A stretch of 64,000 bases of DNA from Candidatus Magasanikiibacteriota bacterium (GCA_016189025.1 JACPGS010000019.1:16272-80271), one strand, 5' to 3'; numbered from the stretch's first letter, positions 19,301 through 29,100 are shown. The notes: generated by a model not told the origin, from the letters alone. Translations and numbers: made by a program.

Positions 19301-19569
19301 GCCTTTGCACCTGCCTGTTGGATGGTAATCGTTGCGTTACCAATTCAGATTGCTGCAGTGGGAATTGTGACGGTACCTTCTGTGGTGTTCCGAATAATTG
19401 CTATGAACCCGGGTTTGGCGGCCATTGCGGAGGAGGTGGAGATCCACCCTGCTGTTTTGGTGGAGAATGTTTTTTGAACGCCTGCTCCTTTGTTGATAAC
19501 GGTGAACGGTGTAGCGCCGATCGACAGTGTTCTAGCAAGAAATGTGAGGCCGGCGTTTGTGTTAGATGA
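16384..19569 (+). CDS. Giant cysteine-rich repeat lipoprotein (myxobacterial-type CGxC / DCDxxxxNGCE repeats)
   Basis: GGAGG RBS; lipobox GAVG-C; more than 10 repeats of D.NHCG.C...C...NG.P.C..G.C...C..G.ADCD....NGCE. Confidence 0.85.
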   Translation: MKSKRNNAALIFTLYLFGAVGCASSGPTPGTDGDANDARGDAVLPACAKDQDCPPGQLCELATQVCRPGCSTAHGCGQGRLCELDAGACVECFADSDCLLKQEPRCNASKHRCVPCLPAGDNCGPGEYCLFDGTNYRCEAGCKGDSDCGGNTPRCDLTAHQCVACLAHADCAAGTCCTASQECMATDFQSDARHCGACGVECLGGWLCCGGTCSNPANDLTNCGGCGNVCTAAHGAPKCAARVCGIEVCDSGWADCSGGISDGCETNTQINSNHCGGCNQTCPFPPNGTPRCAQGQCEIICQGGFADCDQDPTSGCEVNTMTSQANCDGCGNVCTAAHATARCSQATCQVAICDPGYADCNSNPADGCESMTESDTANCGGCNRVCSLPNAIAQCSSGACLPTSCLSGYDNCDNFAGNGCETSLTSDPAHCGACAAVCSDLNGTPSCRSGTCRITCALPFDNCDSDLANGCEANLDVDPNSCGGCGVVCSSLNVAVRTCSNGMCAGICVSGFQDCNGNKQVDGCEINLVTDAANCGGCGNRCDLPNATATCTQSACAIDSCQSGFGNCDGAPTNGCEANLQTDRGNCGVCNVICAMPNGTPRCVLGNCAIGPCNAGYADCDRNISNGCESNSQTDSNNCGACGTVCSGSGATCVAGLCTCSISMGGTLCGGTCVNTATDPNHCGGCGRSCMTRPCINSLCDGINCPAGWADCDQNNLCETNITTVQNCGRCGVVCLVPNGTPACVGGICQIASCTAPFADCVNGIADGCETNVSGSDLQNCGACQQTCVLAHATARCSQGACQVVACESSYGDCNSDPTDGCETNLLTDSAHCFNCGNKCPPDAPVCVNGNCRCNSDTDCALATGRPRCSTPLPPYLCVQCLDDAIDCPLYTACHKDGYRCEAVCGDGAHTLCNGGCCQQGVCTQGVANDACGNSGGSCSACSPFTPICLPTGTCSGCTTSADCKFGVPCINGLCTCLLDGNRCVTNSDCCSGNCDGTFCGVPNNCYEPGFGGHCGGGGDPPCCFGGECFLNACSFVDNGERCSADRQCSSKKCEAGVCVR

Positions 19570-19802
19570 TACCCCAATGGAGGCCCCTGCGGCGCGGACA
19601 ATGCTAGTTGCTGTTCGAGGCAATGCACTGGTAACTACTGTCTGTAGTATTTCCAGCCGGAGACTTCAATTGAACTTAAACTTCGAGTCTTAAATCTACC
19701 GACATTCAAGTTTCTCGCTCTTTCCTTCATCCCTCTAGGACAACACTCCGCGGTTCTCGCGGAGGAGTGCCGCGGCGACACTCAACCTTCGCCCCACTCA
19801 AC

Positions 19803-19834
19803 AACCGCCTTTCGTACGAAGGGCGGTTTTTGTT
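19803..19834 (+). terminator. Intrinsic terminator
   Basis: aaccgcctttcgtacgaagggcggtttttgtt. Confidence 0.7.
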
Positions 19835-19862
19835 CATCTCGTTGCCAGATTCAGTTACCAGT

Positions 19863-19908
19863 TTATCCACAAGTACCCCTTGACAGGTATATTATATAGT
19901 TATACTAT
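19863..19908 (+). promoter_or_regulatory. DnaA-box-like motif plus sigma70 promoter
   Basis: TTATCCACA AGTACCCC TTGACA-N17-TACTAT. Confidence 0.6.
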
Positions 19909-20006
19909 AAAGTGGTAATTAGTACCGAGCTAATGCCACGGCCGCGCTCTAGTTGCCTGCTGGTCGGCAAACCAAACGGGCGGCGCGGGCAGGCGGGGCT
20001 GTTTTT

Positions 20007-20393
20007 ATGGATAAATCTAGCCATCATATTTTGTTGGTGGAAGACGACAAATTTTTAGCGGGAATTTACCAGCGGAAGTTCACCCTGGAAAAATTCAAAT
20101 TTACTGTGGTCGGCGACGGCTTCAGCGCTCTTAATTTTGTTGCCCGCCAGCGGCCGGATTTAATCTTACTTGATATTTTGCTGCCTAAACTAGACGGCAT
20201 GGCCGTATTGAAAAAGTTAAAGGCTGATCCGGCCACCCGTAATATCCCGGTGATTCTGCTCACTAACCTAGGGCAGCATGACGAAGTAGTGCGCGGGCTG
20301 CAAGCCGGCGCCGCCGCCTTCCTCATTAAAGCGCACTTTAAGCCGTCGGCGGTGGTGGCGAAGGTAAAAGAAGTACTGGGGAAACCCGAATAA
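20007..20393 (+). CDS. Stand-alone response regulator receiver (CheY-like)
   Basis: ILLVEDD, PDLILLDILLPKLDG, PVILLTN, FLIK. Confidence 0.9.
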   Translation: MDKSSHHILLVEDDKFLAGIYQRKFTLEKFKFTVVGDGFSALNFVARQRPDLILLDILLPKLDGMAVLKKLKADPATRNIPVILLTNLGQHDEVVRGLQAGAAAFLIKAHFKPSAVVAKVKEVLGKPE

Positions 20394-20409
20394 ATAAAAT
20401 CCGAATCTT

Positions 20410-20910
20410 ATGGCTTTTTTGCTATCTCGCCGCGGTAAAGCCGCTCTGATCATCGGCATAGTCGCCGGCAGTCTGGCGGGGCTCGTTTTGCTCTGGCGAA
20501 TAGCGTTGGCAGTGTCGCCCTCGTTGCGTTCGCGGGCGCCGTACTGGAACGCCCAACTGATGGTAAGACTAATCAAATGGGACCAGCGCCGGGCCCAGGC
20601 GCAGGCGGCCGCGGACACGGTGGGCGGCAAAACGCCAGAAGAGACCCTGCGTCTTTATCTGGCCGCGGTGGACAGCGGCGATTATCGGAGGGCGAGCACA
20701 TTTTTTGTGCCGGAAAAACAAAAGCAAGAACGCCAATCGTTTTCGCAATCAGTTCCGGCTGATATCGGGCGCATTCAAAATTTATTAGTAGAAGCGTTAA
20801 AACGCGGCGGCACCTATAGTGCGGACGGCAAGGAGTATGTTATTCATCAGCCGATCTTTGTTCATTTAGTACGTTATCCGGCCGGCAATTGGAAATTATT
20901 GGAGATTTAG
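20410..20910 (+). CDS. Membrane-anchored hypothetical protein
   Basis: N-terminal TM helix; DTVGGKTPEETLRLY..A...GDY..AS.FFV; ends GNWKLLEI (NTF2-like pattern). Confidence 0.7.
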   Translation: MAFLLSRRGKAALIIGIVAGSLAGLVLLWRIALAVSPSLRSRAPYWNAQLMVRLIKWDQRRAQAQAAADTVGGKTPEETLRLYLAAVDSGDYRRASTFFVPEKQKQERQSFSQSVPADIGRIQNLLVEALKRGGTYSADGKEYVIHQPIFVHLVRYPAGNWKLLEI

Positions 20911-20920
20911 CTTTGCTGCT

Positions 20921-23851
20921 ATGCGCCGCTTATCTGGGGTTTTTGTTCTTATCTTGTTAATCGGCGGGGTGGTTCCGGTGGGGTTGCCGGCGGCCCGGGC
21001 TTTTGATGAGCGCACCACTCATCCGGCGCTGACCGAGCAAATGGCCGAATTTTTTAATCTGAATTATCCGCAGGAGCCGCTCACTCCCAAGGAGAAAGCC
21101 CTGCTGGTGCAGGGCTCCATTGACGAAGATACTGAACCGCGCTGGATCAATCATTTTTATGATCCGATTTATAACGAAGGGTGGCGGGGGGAGCGAATGG
21201 GAATTTTGCCTTCGTGGCTAGTGCGGGCGTTAAGCCGGATTTTACTTTCACCCGAAGAGGCAGTTACCTCTAAACAATGGTCGCAGGATCGCGCGCGGCA
21301 GACTCGCTACGCTCTGGTGAAAGGCGATCGCACCTGGCAGCGCGCCCTGGAAGAAGCAGCAGTAAAGAAAAATCCCCGCGAGGCCTACTATACTTTGGGT
21401 TTTATTCTGCACCTTTTGGAAGATGCCGTAGTGCCCGATCATACGCGGGGCGATACGCACGCGCATCCTTTGGCATCAGTTACCGGCGATTACGGCAGCC
21501 CGTACGAGGAATATGCCAAAAGGATGTTTAATTCGGCGAGTATCAGCGGGCTGGCCAAAAGTTTTTTTCAGAGCGGCATTCGGCCGGTAAAGTTGTCGGA
21601 GTTGAATGATAACTTTGATATTTTAGCACGGTACTCCAATCAATACTTTTTTAGCAAAGACACCATTGAGAGTAAAAAATATCTTTTACCTGCCATCGTT
21701 AAAGAAGACAGTCAATTCGGTTATGGGCGCGATCAGGATAAAAGTATTTTTCCCCTCGTCAGAGTGAGTTATCTACGTACCGCCAGTCATAAATTGATTA
21801 AGCAATACACTTTAACTCAAGATCAAGCCAACTATCCCATTCTTAACGCCTATTTTGTCCGCCATTCCCGCGCTGCCCTTGCTTACGGCGCCGGGGTAAT
21901 TAAATTCTTCCGCGACGAGGTGCGTCGGCTGGTCCAAGCCGGCGCCGCGCTTCCCCCGGCGCCCCGGGGGATGCCCCTGGCTTTATCTCCTTTAATCCTT
22001 CATTCTGCCATAGAAAATGGCGGCACCCAGCCGGCCCCCACTTATTTTATTCCTGCCACCGGCACCATCAGCACGCCGCCCCTTAATGCCGATAATCCGC
22101 ATTTGCCCGGGGTTACCAATCCGCCGCTGTTACCCGCTTTATCCTTGCTCTCTCCTCTTCCCCCTTCGGAACGCGGAGCGTTCTCCCTCCCCGAAGAGCG
22201 TACCGCGTTTCCCGAGGGTGGAAGCGGGCAGGGCAATTTTTCGCCGGGTACGCCGGCGCTGGGCGCAGCGGTTGCTCCCGGGGTTCCGGCCAACGAAGAG
22301 CAGGTTTTGCGCCAGGCCATAGCCGGAGTCAGCCAGGCGCTGATTGACGGCGCGGCCGCCGGGGCGGCCGCGCCAGTAGCCGCTGGTTTGTTGCTGGCCA
22401 CCACCCTAGGCGCCCTGGGCTATGTTTTGCGGCCCCAGGCCACCGGGGACGGCGCCTCCGGCTGGGATATTGTGAGACTAGTGCCGCGCACTATTTATAC
22501 CACGGTTACCCGCACCGTAGAGCGCCTGGTGCCGGTAGTCCGTACGGTGGTGGAAGAAGTGCGTCAGGTGGTTTACCGCACGGTTTGGCAGCTGCGGGAG
22601 GTGGTGGTGCGGGCAGTTGGCCTGGTGCGGCGGATAATTATTCGGGTACCGGTACGCGAAGCAGTTACGGTAATCCGGCAGGTCACCCGCCAGGTAGTAG
22701 AGCTGGTTAAACGTTCGGTAGTGGAAGTTTACCAGACAGCGCAGACAATTTACCAAGAAATTAAAGTAGGAGAAGTAAGGGTTTCCCTGCCCTCACCCGC
22801 GCCTGCCGTCACTACTCCGGTAGCCGCTCCCATTGCTCCGGCCGCTCCGCCGCCTAATCTATATCGCTGGGTTGATTCGGTGTGGGGGCCGCGCTACGGC
22901 ATGGTGGTCGGCGGCGTATGGCACGACGTGGCGGGTTGGGAAAATTCTCGCTTAGATCAGATTTTTGGCGATACTATTTCCACTGTTTCTCGCGGCGCCT
23001 ATTCCGCGGGCTGGAGCGCGGCGCACGGCGGCGGCACGGTGGCGGGCGGCGCCAAATCCTTGGACGCGCTCTGGAGCATGCAGACTGGCGTAATGCACGG
23101 CGGATTGGCGCCGACGCCGGAGCTTTACGCTCGCGGCTTTACTTCGCGTTTCCCTAAAGGCAGCCGCGAACAGCAGGCGGAAATCGCCGCTTTTAACCGC
23201 GGGGTGGCTGATTATCATTATTTTGAGCCGGCGCTGATGTACAATCCGGCCGATGGCACCGTTTACACGGTTAATAGTGCCTTGGCCGCCGAGTTCAGCG
23301 CCCGGCTGGACTTCCGCCGCTTAAGCAACGACACGCCGCGCGATCAGGTGTCGCTTGCCGTGTACGATACTCCCGAAGATTTTTTGGCCGGACAGCCTAA
23401 TGCTAATCACGTTCCTCTTTTTCCCGAAGCGCCCCCGCCGCCCACCCTGTTTGAAGTTTATTTCAAGGAAGAGCGCGCTAAAGGGCGCTCTCCCGAAGAT
23501 ATTTTGCGCCATAATCCCTTTATGGGCACCGCCAGCCAGCCCGGGGCGCTGTATACCCCTTTATTAGCATCAGCTCCGGAGGGCAGCCTGGCCGCCTGGG
23601 CGCAGGCCGCTTTGCCCTGGCGCGCCGGGCTAAGCGAAGCCCAGCAGCGCAGCATTACCCACCTGCTAGAGACCCGGGCTAACGAAGGCAGACCGCTTAA
23701 CAATACCGACGCCAAAAATCTGGCCTTTGCCCTGGGCCGGCCGCCGGACTGGCCGCAGTTTGCCGGCGTTGCCGTTGCGGTCGCTCTCTCCCGCGCCCTC
23801 CCCCGGCCGGAGCTTTCCTTCACCCCCGCGTCAGCAAAACCAAGTCGGTAA
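20921..23851 (+). CDS. Secreted protein with N-terminal Zn-dependent phospholipase C / S1-P1-like domain
   Basis: Signal peptide ending ARA; FDERTTHPALT, GSIDED, NHFYDP, LHLLEDAVVPDHTRGDTH, SPYEEY metal ligands; low-complexity C-terminal half. Confidence 0.7.
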   Translation: MRRLSGVFVLILLIGGVVPVGLPAARAFDERTTHPALTEQMAEFFNLNYPQEPLTPKEKALLVQGSIDEDTEPRWINHFYDPIYNEGWRGERMGILPSWLVRALSRILLSPEEAVTSKQWSQDRARQTRYALVKGDRTWQRALEEAAVKKNPREAYYTLGFILHLLEDAVVPDHTRGDTHAHPLASVTGDYGSPYEEYAKRMFNSASISGLAKSFFQSGIRPVKLSELNDNFDILARYSNQYFFSKDTIESKKYLLPAIVKEDSQFGYGRDQDKSIFPLVRVSYLRTASHKLIKQYTLTQDQANYPILNAYFVRHSRAALAYGAGVIKFFRDEVRRLVQAGAALPPAPRGMPLALSPLILHSAIENGGTQPAPTYFIPATGTISTPPLNADNPHLPGVTNPPLLPALSLLSPLPPSERGAFSLPEERTAFPEGGSGQGNFSPGTPALGAAVAPGVPANEEQVLRQAIAGVSQALIDGAAAGAAAPVAAGLLLATTLGALGYVLRPQATGDGASGWDIVRLVPRTIYTTVTRTVERLVPVVRTVVEEVRQVVYRTVWQLREVVVRAVGLVRRIIIRVPVREAVTVIRQVTRQVVELVKRSVVEVYQTAQTIYQEIKVGEVRVSLPSPAPAVTTPVAAPIAPAAPPPNLYRWVDSVWGPRYGMVVGGVWHDVAGWENSRLDQIFGDTISTVSRGAYSAGWSAAHGGGTVAGGAKSLDALWSMQTGVMHGGLAPTPELYARGFTSRFPKGSREQQAEIAAFNRGVADYHYFEPALMYNPADGTVYTVNSALAAEFSARLDFRRLSNDTPRDQVSLAVYDTPEDFLAGQPNANHVPLFPEAPPPPTLFEVYFKEERAKGRSPEDILRHNPFMGTASQPGALYTPLLASAPEGSLAAWAQAALPWRAGLSEAQQRSITHLLETRANEGRPLNNTDAKNLAFALGRPPDWPQFAGVAVAVALSRALPRPELSFTPASAKPSR

Positions 23852-23892
23852 CCTTGTTGTTCACTAGGTAGTCGTGGTAAACTACCGCTAGT

Positions 23893-24492
23893 ATGCTGGA
23901 GACAATTTTTGATACGCTTAATCAAGTCGCGCCCCAGGCGGCAATTTACGCCGCCATTATTTTAGTGGTGGGATTGTTAGTGTACCACTTTACCAAATTT
24001 TGGGTCGCTACCAATAAAACTAATCAGGCTCTGCCCGAAATCCAGGCCTCCCTCATAAAAATTGACCGCGGCCTGAACACTCTTAATAAGGTACTATTGG
24101 AAAAAAATATTATCAGTCAGTCCTGTTACTCTAACGTAAACAGTCCGCGCGCTTTGAATGATCTGGGTCGGCGACTATTGCCAGCTAGCGGGGCGGATCG
24201 CTTGCTGGCGCAACAAGCCGGGGCATTTCTCAATGAGCTGGAACAAAAACCGTACGATTCGCCACTGGAGGTGGAGCGCGAGGCGCTTAATCTGCTCCTG
24301 GCTAAAATGGATGATGCTGAATTCAGAGAATTGCAAAATTTCGCTTACAACCACCCCCAGTTTGACGGCAAGCCACTCACCTACACCGATATTTTATTTG
24401 TGATGTCGCTCGTTTTGCGCGATCAGTACCTGGCGCGCCACCCAGAACTTCGGTCAGATTTCGGTCAACTCCCTTCGCCAGGGTCAATTTGA
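23893..24492 (+). CDS. Hypothetical membrane-anchored protein
   Basis: N-terminal TM helix; NSPRALNDLG..LL..SG motif; ends LRDQYLARHPEL. Confidence 0.7.
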   Translation: MLETIFDTLNQVAPQAAIYAAIILVVGLLVYHFTKFWVATNKTNQALPEIQASLIKIDRGLNTLNKVLLEKNIISQSCYSNVNSPRALNDLGRRLLPASGADRLLAQQAGAFLNELEQKPYDSPLEVEREALNLLLAKMDDAEFRELQNFAYNHPQFDGKPLTYTDILFVMSLVLRDQYLARHPELRSDFGQLPSPGSI

Positions 24493-24502
24493 ATTGTGGG
24501 TC

Positions 24503-24728
24503 TACTCAATGTAATCAACGTCCTAGTAATCATTATTGGCTTGCCTAGTTTGATTGTGAGCTGTGTTTATCTTAGGCGGAAGTTAAAAATTTTGGACAAT
24601 CGGAATCATCATTGGCAAAAATTAACTCTTAAAGAAAGACTTTAAAAATTATCACCGGCAGACCACAATTTAGTCGCCTCCTGGGTCATTCGCAATGATT
24701 ACGCCAAGGCGCATTCCGAGCTTAAGTA
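24503..24728 (+). pseudogene. Probable degenerate paralog fragment of the preceding gene
   Basis: Remnant TM segment LNVINVLVIIIGLPSLIVSCVYL and terminal VIRNDYAKAHSELK* resembling VLRDQYLARHPELR; no intact ORF. Confidence 0.35.
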
Positions 24729-24841
24729 ATCATCTAAATTACCGTCCGCTTGCTCTAGTTCCGCCATAATTATTGTGGTCGAGGGCTAGCCAGGCGGGTT
24801 TTTTTGTGGTATAGTATGGGGTGCGAGAATTTAGAAAAAAT

Positions 24842-25924
24842 ATGCTTCGTCCCCTAGAGCGCCCCGAGCTAATTGGCATCCCTGGTTTTGACGAACATGA
24901 GGTAGTGTTAAAAATAGAAGATGGCAACGTGGGGTTGCGCGGTTTTATTGCTTTGCACAACACCAATTTAGGGACCGCGGTAGGAGGAACGCGGATGTAT
25001 CCTTATGCTTCGGAGCGGGAAGCCCTGGAGGATGTGCTGCGCCTGTCGCGGGTGATGACCTATAAGTGCGCGATGGTGGGGGTGCCCCACGGCGGGGGCA
25101 AGGGGGTAATTATCGGTGACCCGGCTACCGGCAAAACCGAGGCTCTCCTCCAAGCTTACGCGCGGGCGGTTAACGAACTGCACGGCCGCTTTTATACCGG
25201 TGAAGATGTCGGCCTGGCCGAGGCCGATGTGCGGCTGATGCTGCAGCATTCTCCTTATTTTATCGGCAAACCAGGGCTGGCGGGCGACCCCTCTCCCTAC
25301 GCCGCCTTAAGCACTTTCTATGCCATGCAAACCATTGCGCGATTGCGGTTTGGTTCAGATGATTTAAGAGGGCGTTCGGTAGCGATTAAGGGAGTCGGCA
25401 AGGTGGGCAGCGAATTGGCGCGGTTGCTGGTGGAAGCCGGAGCAAAAGTGGCCATTGCCGACATCAACCCTCTGGCAATCAAGGCAGTTACCGATAAATT
25501 TCCGGCCGTGAAAATAGTGGCGCCGGCGGCCATCCACCAGGAAACCGCTGATTTATACGCTCCCTGCGCCTTAAGCAGCGAATTCACGCCCACTACGATG
25601 CGGGCGGTGCGCGCCCGGGTAATCTGCGGCGCCGCCAACAGCCAGCTGGCCGATGACTCGGTGGGGGATTGGTTTTGGCAGGAGAGCATTGCTTACGTGC
25701 CTGATTATGTAGCGAACGCCGGCGGCCTGATTAATGTGGTGGACGAGCTGGAGGAGGGCGGCTACCAGCATCGCCGGGTGCTGGAGCGCATCAACCAGGT
25801 GCGGCAGACCGTGGCCGATATTTTTCAGCTGTCCGCCAAGCGCCGGGAATCTCCCCACCGGGTGGCGGATTTGTTAGCCGAACATATTTTCAAAAATTTG
25901 CCGCCCACTCATATTATTGCTTAA
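24842..25924 (+). CDS. Glu/Leu/Phe/Val dehydrogenase (leucine dehydrogenase-like)
   Basis: IALHNTNLGTAVGGTRM, MTYKCA, GGGKGVI, TGEDVG, GDPSPYAA, GVGKVG, PCAL, CGAANSQL, PDYVANAGG. Confidence 0.92.
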   Translation: MLRPLERPELIGIPGFDEHEVVLKIEDGNVGLRGFIALHNTNLGTAVGGTRMYPYASEREALEDVLRLSRVMTYKCAMVGVPHGGGKGVIIGDPATGKTEALLQAYARAVNELHGRFYTGEDVGLAEADVRLMLQHSPYFIGKPGLAGDPSPYAALSTFYAMQTIARLRFGSDDLRGRSVAIKGVGKVGSELARLLVEAGAKVAIADINPLAIKAVTDKFPAVKIVAPAAIHQETADLYAPCALSSEFTPTTMRAVRARVICGAANSQLADDSVGDWFWQESIAYVPDYVANAGGLINVVDELEEGGYQHRRVLERINQVRQTVADIFQLSAKRRESPHRVADLLAEHIFKNLPPTHIIA

Positions 25925-25926
25925 GG

Positions 25927-25943
25927 ATGAAGCCAGATTCCGA
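25927..25943 (+). repeat. 17-bp direct repeat, left copy (identical to the first 17 nt of the paaK-like gene)
   Basis: atgaagccagattccga, 2 nt after the dehydrogenase stop; identical at 41560-41576. Confidence 0.85.
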
Positions 25944-26002
25944 GTTGACCCAGCGCCACCCCGTCTCCTGATTTTGAATTACGGAACTATCTTAATTTGG
26001 TC

Positions 26003-26085
26003 GCTCGGTCGTGGTAGACACCCTCCGTGCTCCCCCCGACTAGATCGGGGGTGCGCGCGTAGGGAACCCGTCTACCACTCCCTCG
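26003..26085. repeat. Long hairpin element, copy 2
   Basis: Reverse complement gtggtagac...gcgcgcacccccgatctagtcgggggagcac...gtctaccacgacc matches 15376-15455. Confidence 0.7.
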
Positions 26086-26131
26086 CTCATTTCGTAATTC
26101 ACAGCTCCTGAAGCTGATGTAGCCAGCAAAA

Positions 26132-26159
26132 CAAAAACCCCGGCCGAGCGGGGTTTTTG
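26132..26159. terminator. Bidirectional intrinsic terminator
   Basis: caaaaaccccg / cggggtttttg between convergent genes. Confidence 0.75.
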
Positions 26160-26177
26160 AGTTTGCGGCGCCGCTGC

Positions 26178-29100
26178 TTAGTAAGTGAGGGTCTTGGCCT
26201 GAAGCGGCAAGTCGGTGCCCATGGCGGTTATGTTCGTAGAGACGCCATCACCCCAAGTAACCTGGCGGCTGCCGATGCGCACCGAGAGACTGGGATTCGG
26301 GTTGGTAGTCGTCTTGGTGGCCGCATCGGTGGTATCCAAGGTGATGTAAATCGTTTTGGAAGCGCCCGAGGAGATTTGGAAATCCGTAAAGTTAGCGTCC
26401 CTTAGGGCAGAATTGCCGCTGTTGGCGCTGGCGAAAGTCTGGGTGGCGGCGTAGTTGGTGGTAGCCAACTGGTTAGCGGTAGCCACGGAATCTTTGTACA
26501 CCGTCAGGGCGCGCGTTGCCCCTACTCCCGCCGCCTGCGAAATAGTAGTGCCGAAGTTGAAGTTCATCAACTGCACCATAGCAGTGTGGCCTTCCACATT
26601 CGCCTTGTTGATAATCGTAAAGATTCCCACGATCTGTGCGCTGTTCGGCGACGAAGCGCCGGTGGGAGAATTGGCATCCCAGCCCACAGTAAGCTTGGCG
26701 CGGTACAAGGTAGTGGTTGGAGCATAAGCACCACGGCTCAATCCGTATTGATTGGCGTTAGTAAGGAACGAGACGGTCGGGGTAATTGAAACGCCGGATT
26801 GCGTACCTACCGCAGTGAACGGCGTAATACTGCCGACATTGAAGGCCGAAAGAATTACGGGTTCAACTGTTTGTCCGGTGGAAGCGGCACCGAGTTCGCC
26901 AAAGGCGGTAAAGTCAACCACCAGTTTAATCTTCTTCGTCGCTCCTTTCGGAACCTCTAAATTGAGGCCGGTGAAGGTGGCGTGCGAGTAGGTGCTGGTG
27001 GCCGCCGCGGTGCCGGCGACGCTGTCGCTGAAAGCAGACACCGTGCCGCCAATCTGGGCGTCGGTAGCATCATCCACCAGCCTGACATTTTTCATGGTAC
27101 CGGTGGCGCCGGGGCTGAACCGCGCGCTTACCACAAACTGGGTAATCTTAATTGGTTCCGTGGAGCTCGCTTGCAGAGCGAACTTGGCAATCGTCTGATT
27201 AATATCGCCCATCAGGTAGTTGTTGGCTACCGGCGAATCCGAGTCTACGGAAGCCATAAAGGCGCCCGACGAAGAGATTTCCACATTCTGCAGCCGGATG
27301 GTCTGACCGACTAAGCTGGCGGAGGCTCCGGTGGTCTTGCCAGTAGCGGTTACCCCTGTCAGGTTCATGAGGGGGGTTGCCGTAAGCGTGGTGGTCTTAA
27401 TATCCGCATACACATCCACCGTGTACTGCCCGCCGTTGGTAATGCTTACTGCTGGCGAAACATTATAGGTGAAAGTATTGACCGTGGCACAGGTTGTTGC
27501 CGGGTTCAACTCTTGGCCCAGCTTTTTACCGGTGGAATCCTTCAGCGTTAGGTACTGCAAGTAAGTGCCGGTACAGGTATAGGCGGTGCGGTCGGCCAGG
27601 GTAATCTGCGAAACTTCCACGTCTTCGCCGGCGCCGGCCGTAATGACAAACGAAGCTACTTTAATCTGGGCAGCATTAACAGTACCGGTAGGATTGTCGG
27701 CCGATTTGTCGCCAAAGGCTGTGTTCATTGCCAGACTGACGGTGCCGGAGCGTACCGTTAGGGGGTTTCCGGTTTGCATAGCGGTATTAATGCTCCCCAG
27801 CGAAAGCATGCCATAGGCATTATGGTAACCTGCCGATAAGGCAATAGTAATTATTTCGCCGGCGTCGATGCTGGTATGGGTGAGGTCAGCGACAATAGTT
27901 ACCGTAGCCGTGGCGCCGGCTTTAAGGATAAAACTATTGCCGAAACTGCCCCAGCCATTGTGGGGCGCGCCATTGGCAGTAAGCATGGGTATAGTAGAAC
28001 CAACCTGCGATCCATCAACCTTGAGCCGGACATTGACTAAAGCATTATCCTGGCTGCCGCCTGAGGTGGAAGATACGTTTAAACTGCTGATTTTAATATC
28101 TTCGCCATTCGCTTGCCATAAGAATTTGGCCAGCACTAGATTGGTTGCGCTGTCCGGCACGATACCGGTGGGAGCATCGGCGGCAGTGGTTTGCGCCAGC
28201 GTGCCGGCGCTGAAACCGCCGGCGGTTCTTAATAATAAATTATCCAGCCGGCCGGTGCCGTAGGCCGAGAAGTATTGAATCCCAAGAATGCGAGTGTTAG
28301 GCGAGTAGGCCGATACATCTTGCTGTAAGTCGCGGGCAATGGTATGCCAGGCGCTGTTGGCGACGGTAGGGTCAATTTGGTAATATAAGGTATTGCCGCG
28401 CCAGCCGGGGATGTTATTAGTGGCGTAAGAAAGATATAGATACCCGTTGTTAAGGTCCGTGTAATCGGTTTTTAGCATGATCAGGAAATTGGCCTGATTC
28501 TGGTATTTGAAGTCCCACTGTAACACTGGGAAATTAGGGAATTGCCAGGGATTATTGGCCGGAGCGTAAAACACCATTCTGACCGAAGGGGAGCTGGCGG
28601 TCAGCGAGATTACCCGGCCATGCGCCGGATCTTCATCCACTATATTCTGAATTACCGAAGTAGTGCCGCTCGGATGAATAAACCAGGGATTGGTGTCGCC
28701 GTCACTGCCGTCTTCGTAGATTACCGAAGACAGAGGCGCGTTCGCGGAAAAATTCGCCACCACATCAGTACCGGCCGCATCAACGGTTACTGCCACATTG
28801 GGGAAAGTATATCCTTGCTTTTGCGCTACTAACTGATAATTGCCTGGCGGCAGGCCGGGCAACCCATAGCGGCCGGTCGCATCAGTTAACACACTGGCAT
28901 TGCCCGCCACTCCCACCGCTACTCCGGAGAGCGGATTATTTTGACTATCCGTGACCGTACCGGAAACCGTAGCCAAGGGCACTGTTTTTAAGAGCGCTAG
29001 ATTGTCTATCCGGCCAGTGCCATAACTAGAGAAGTATTGAATGCCGAGAATGGTAGTGCCCTGGGCATAGGCCGCCACGTCAGCCTGCAGATTGCGGGTT

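Noticed and set aside
16732-19343. Long minus-strand ORFs within the Cys-rich gene
   Set aside because: Antisense shadows of a repetitive, stop-poor coding strand
19567-19569. Genome-wide TGA recoding (code 25) or selenocysteine as the explanation for the in-frame TGA
   Set aside because: Very long Gly-rich ORFs contain no internal TGA and several genes end properly at TGA; the position is not a repeat Cys and no convincing SECIS was seen
19930-20006. c-di-GMP-I riboswitch upstream of the receiver gene (contains ggcaaacc)
   Set aside because: Lacks the GAAA-loop/GGGACGCAAAGC core; only a generic GC-rich leader can be supported
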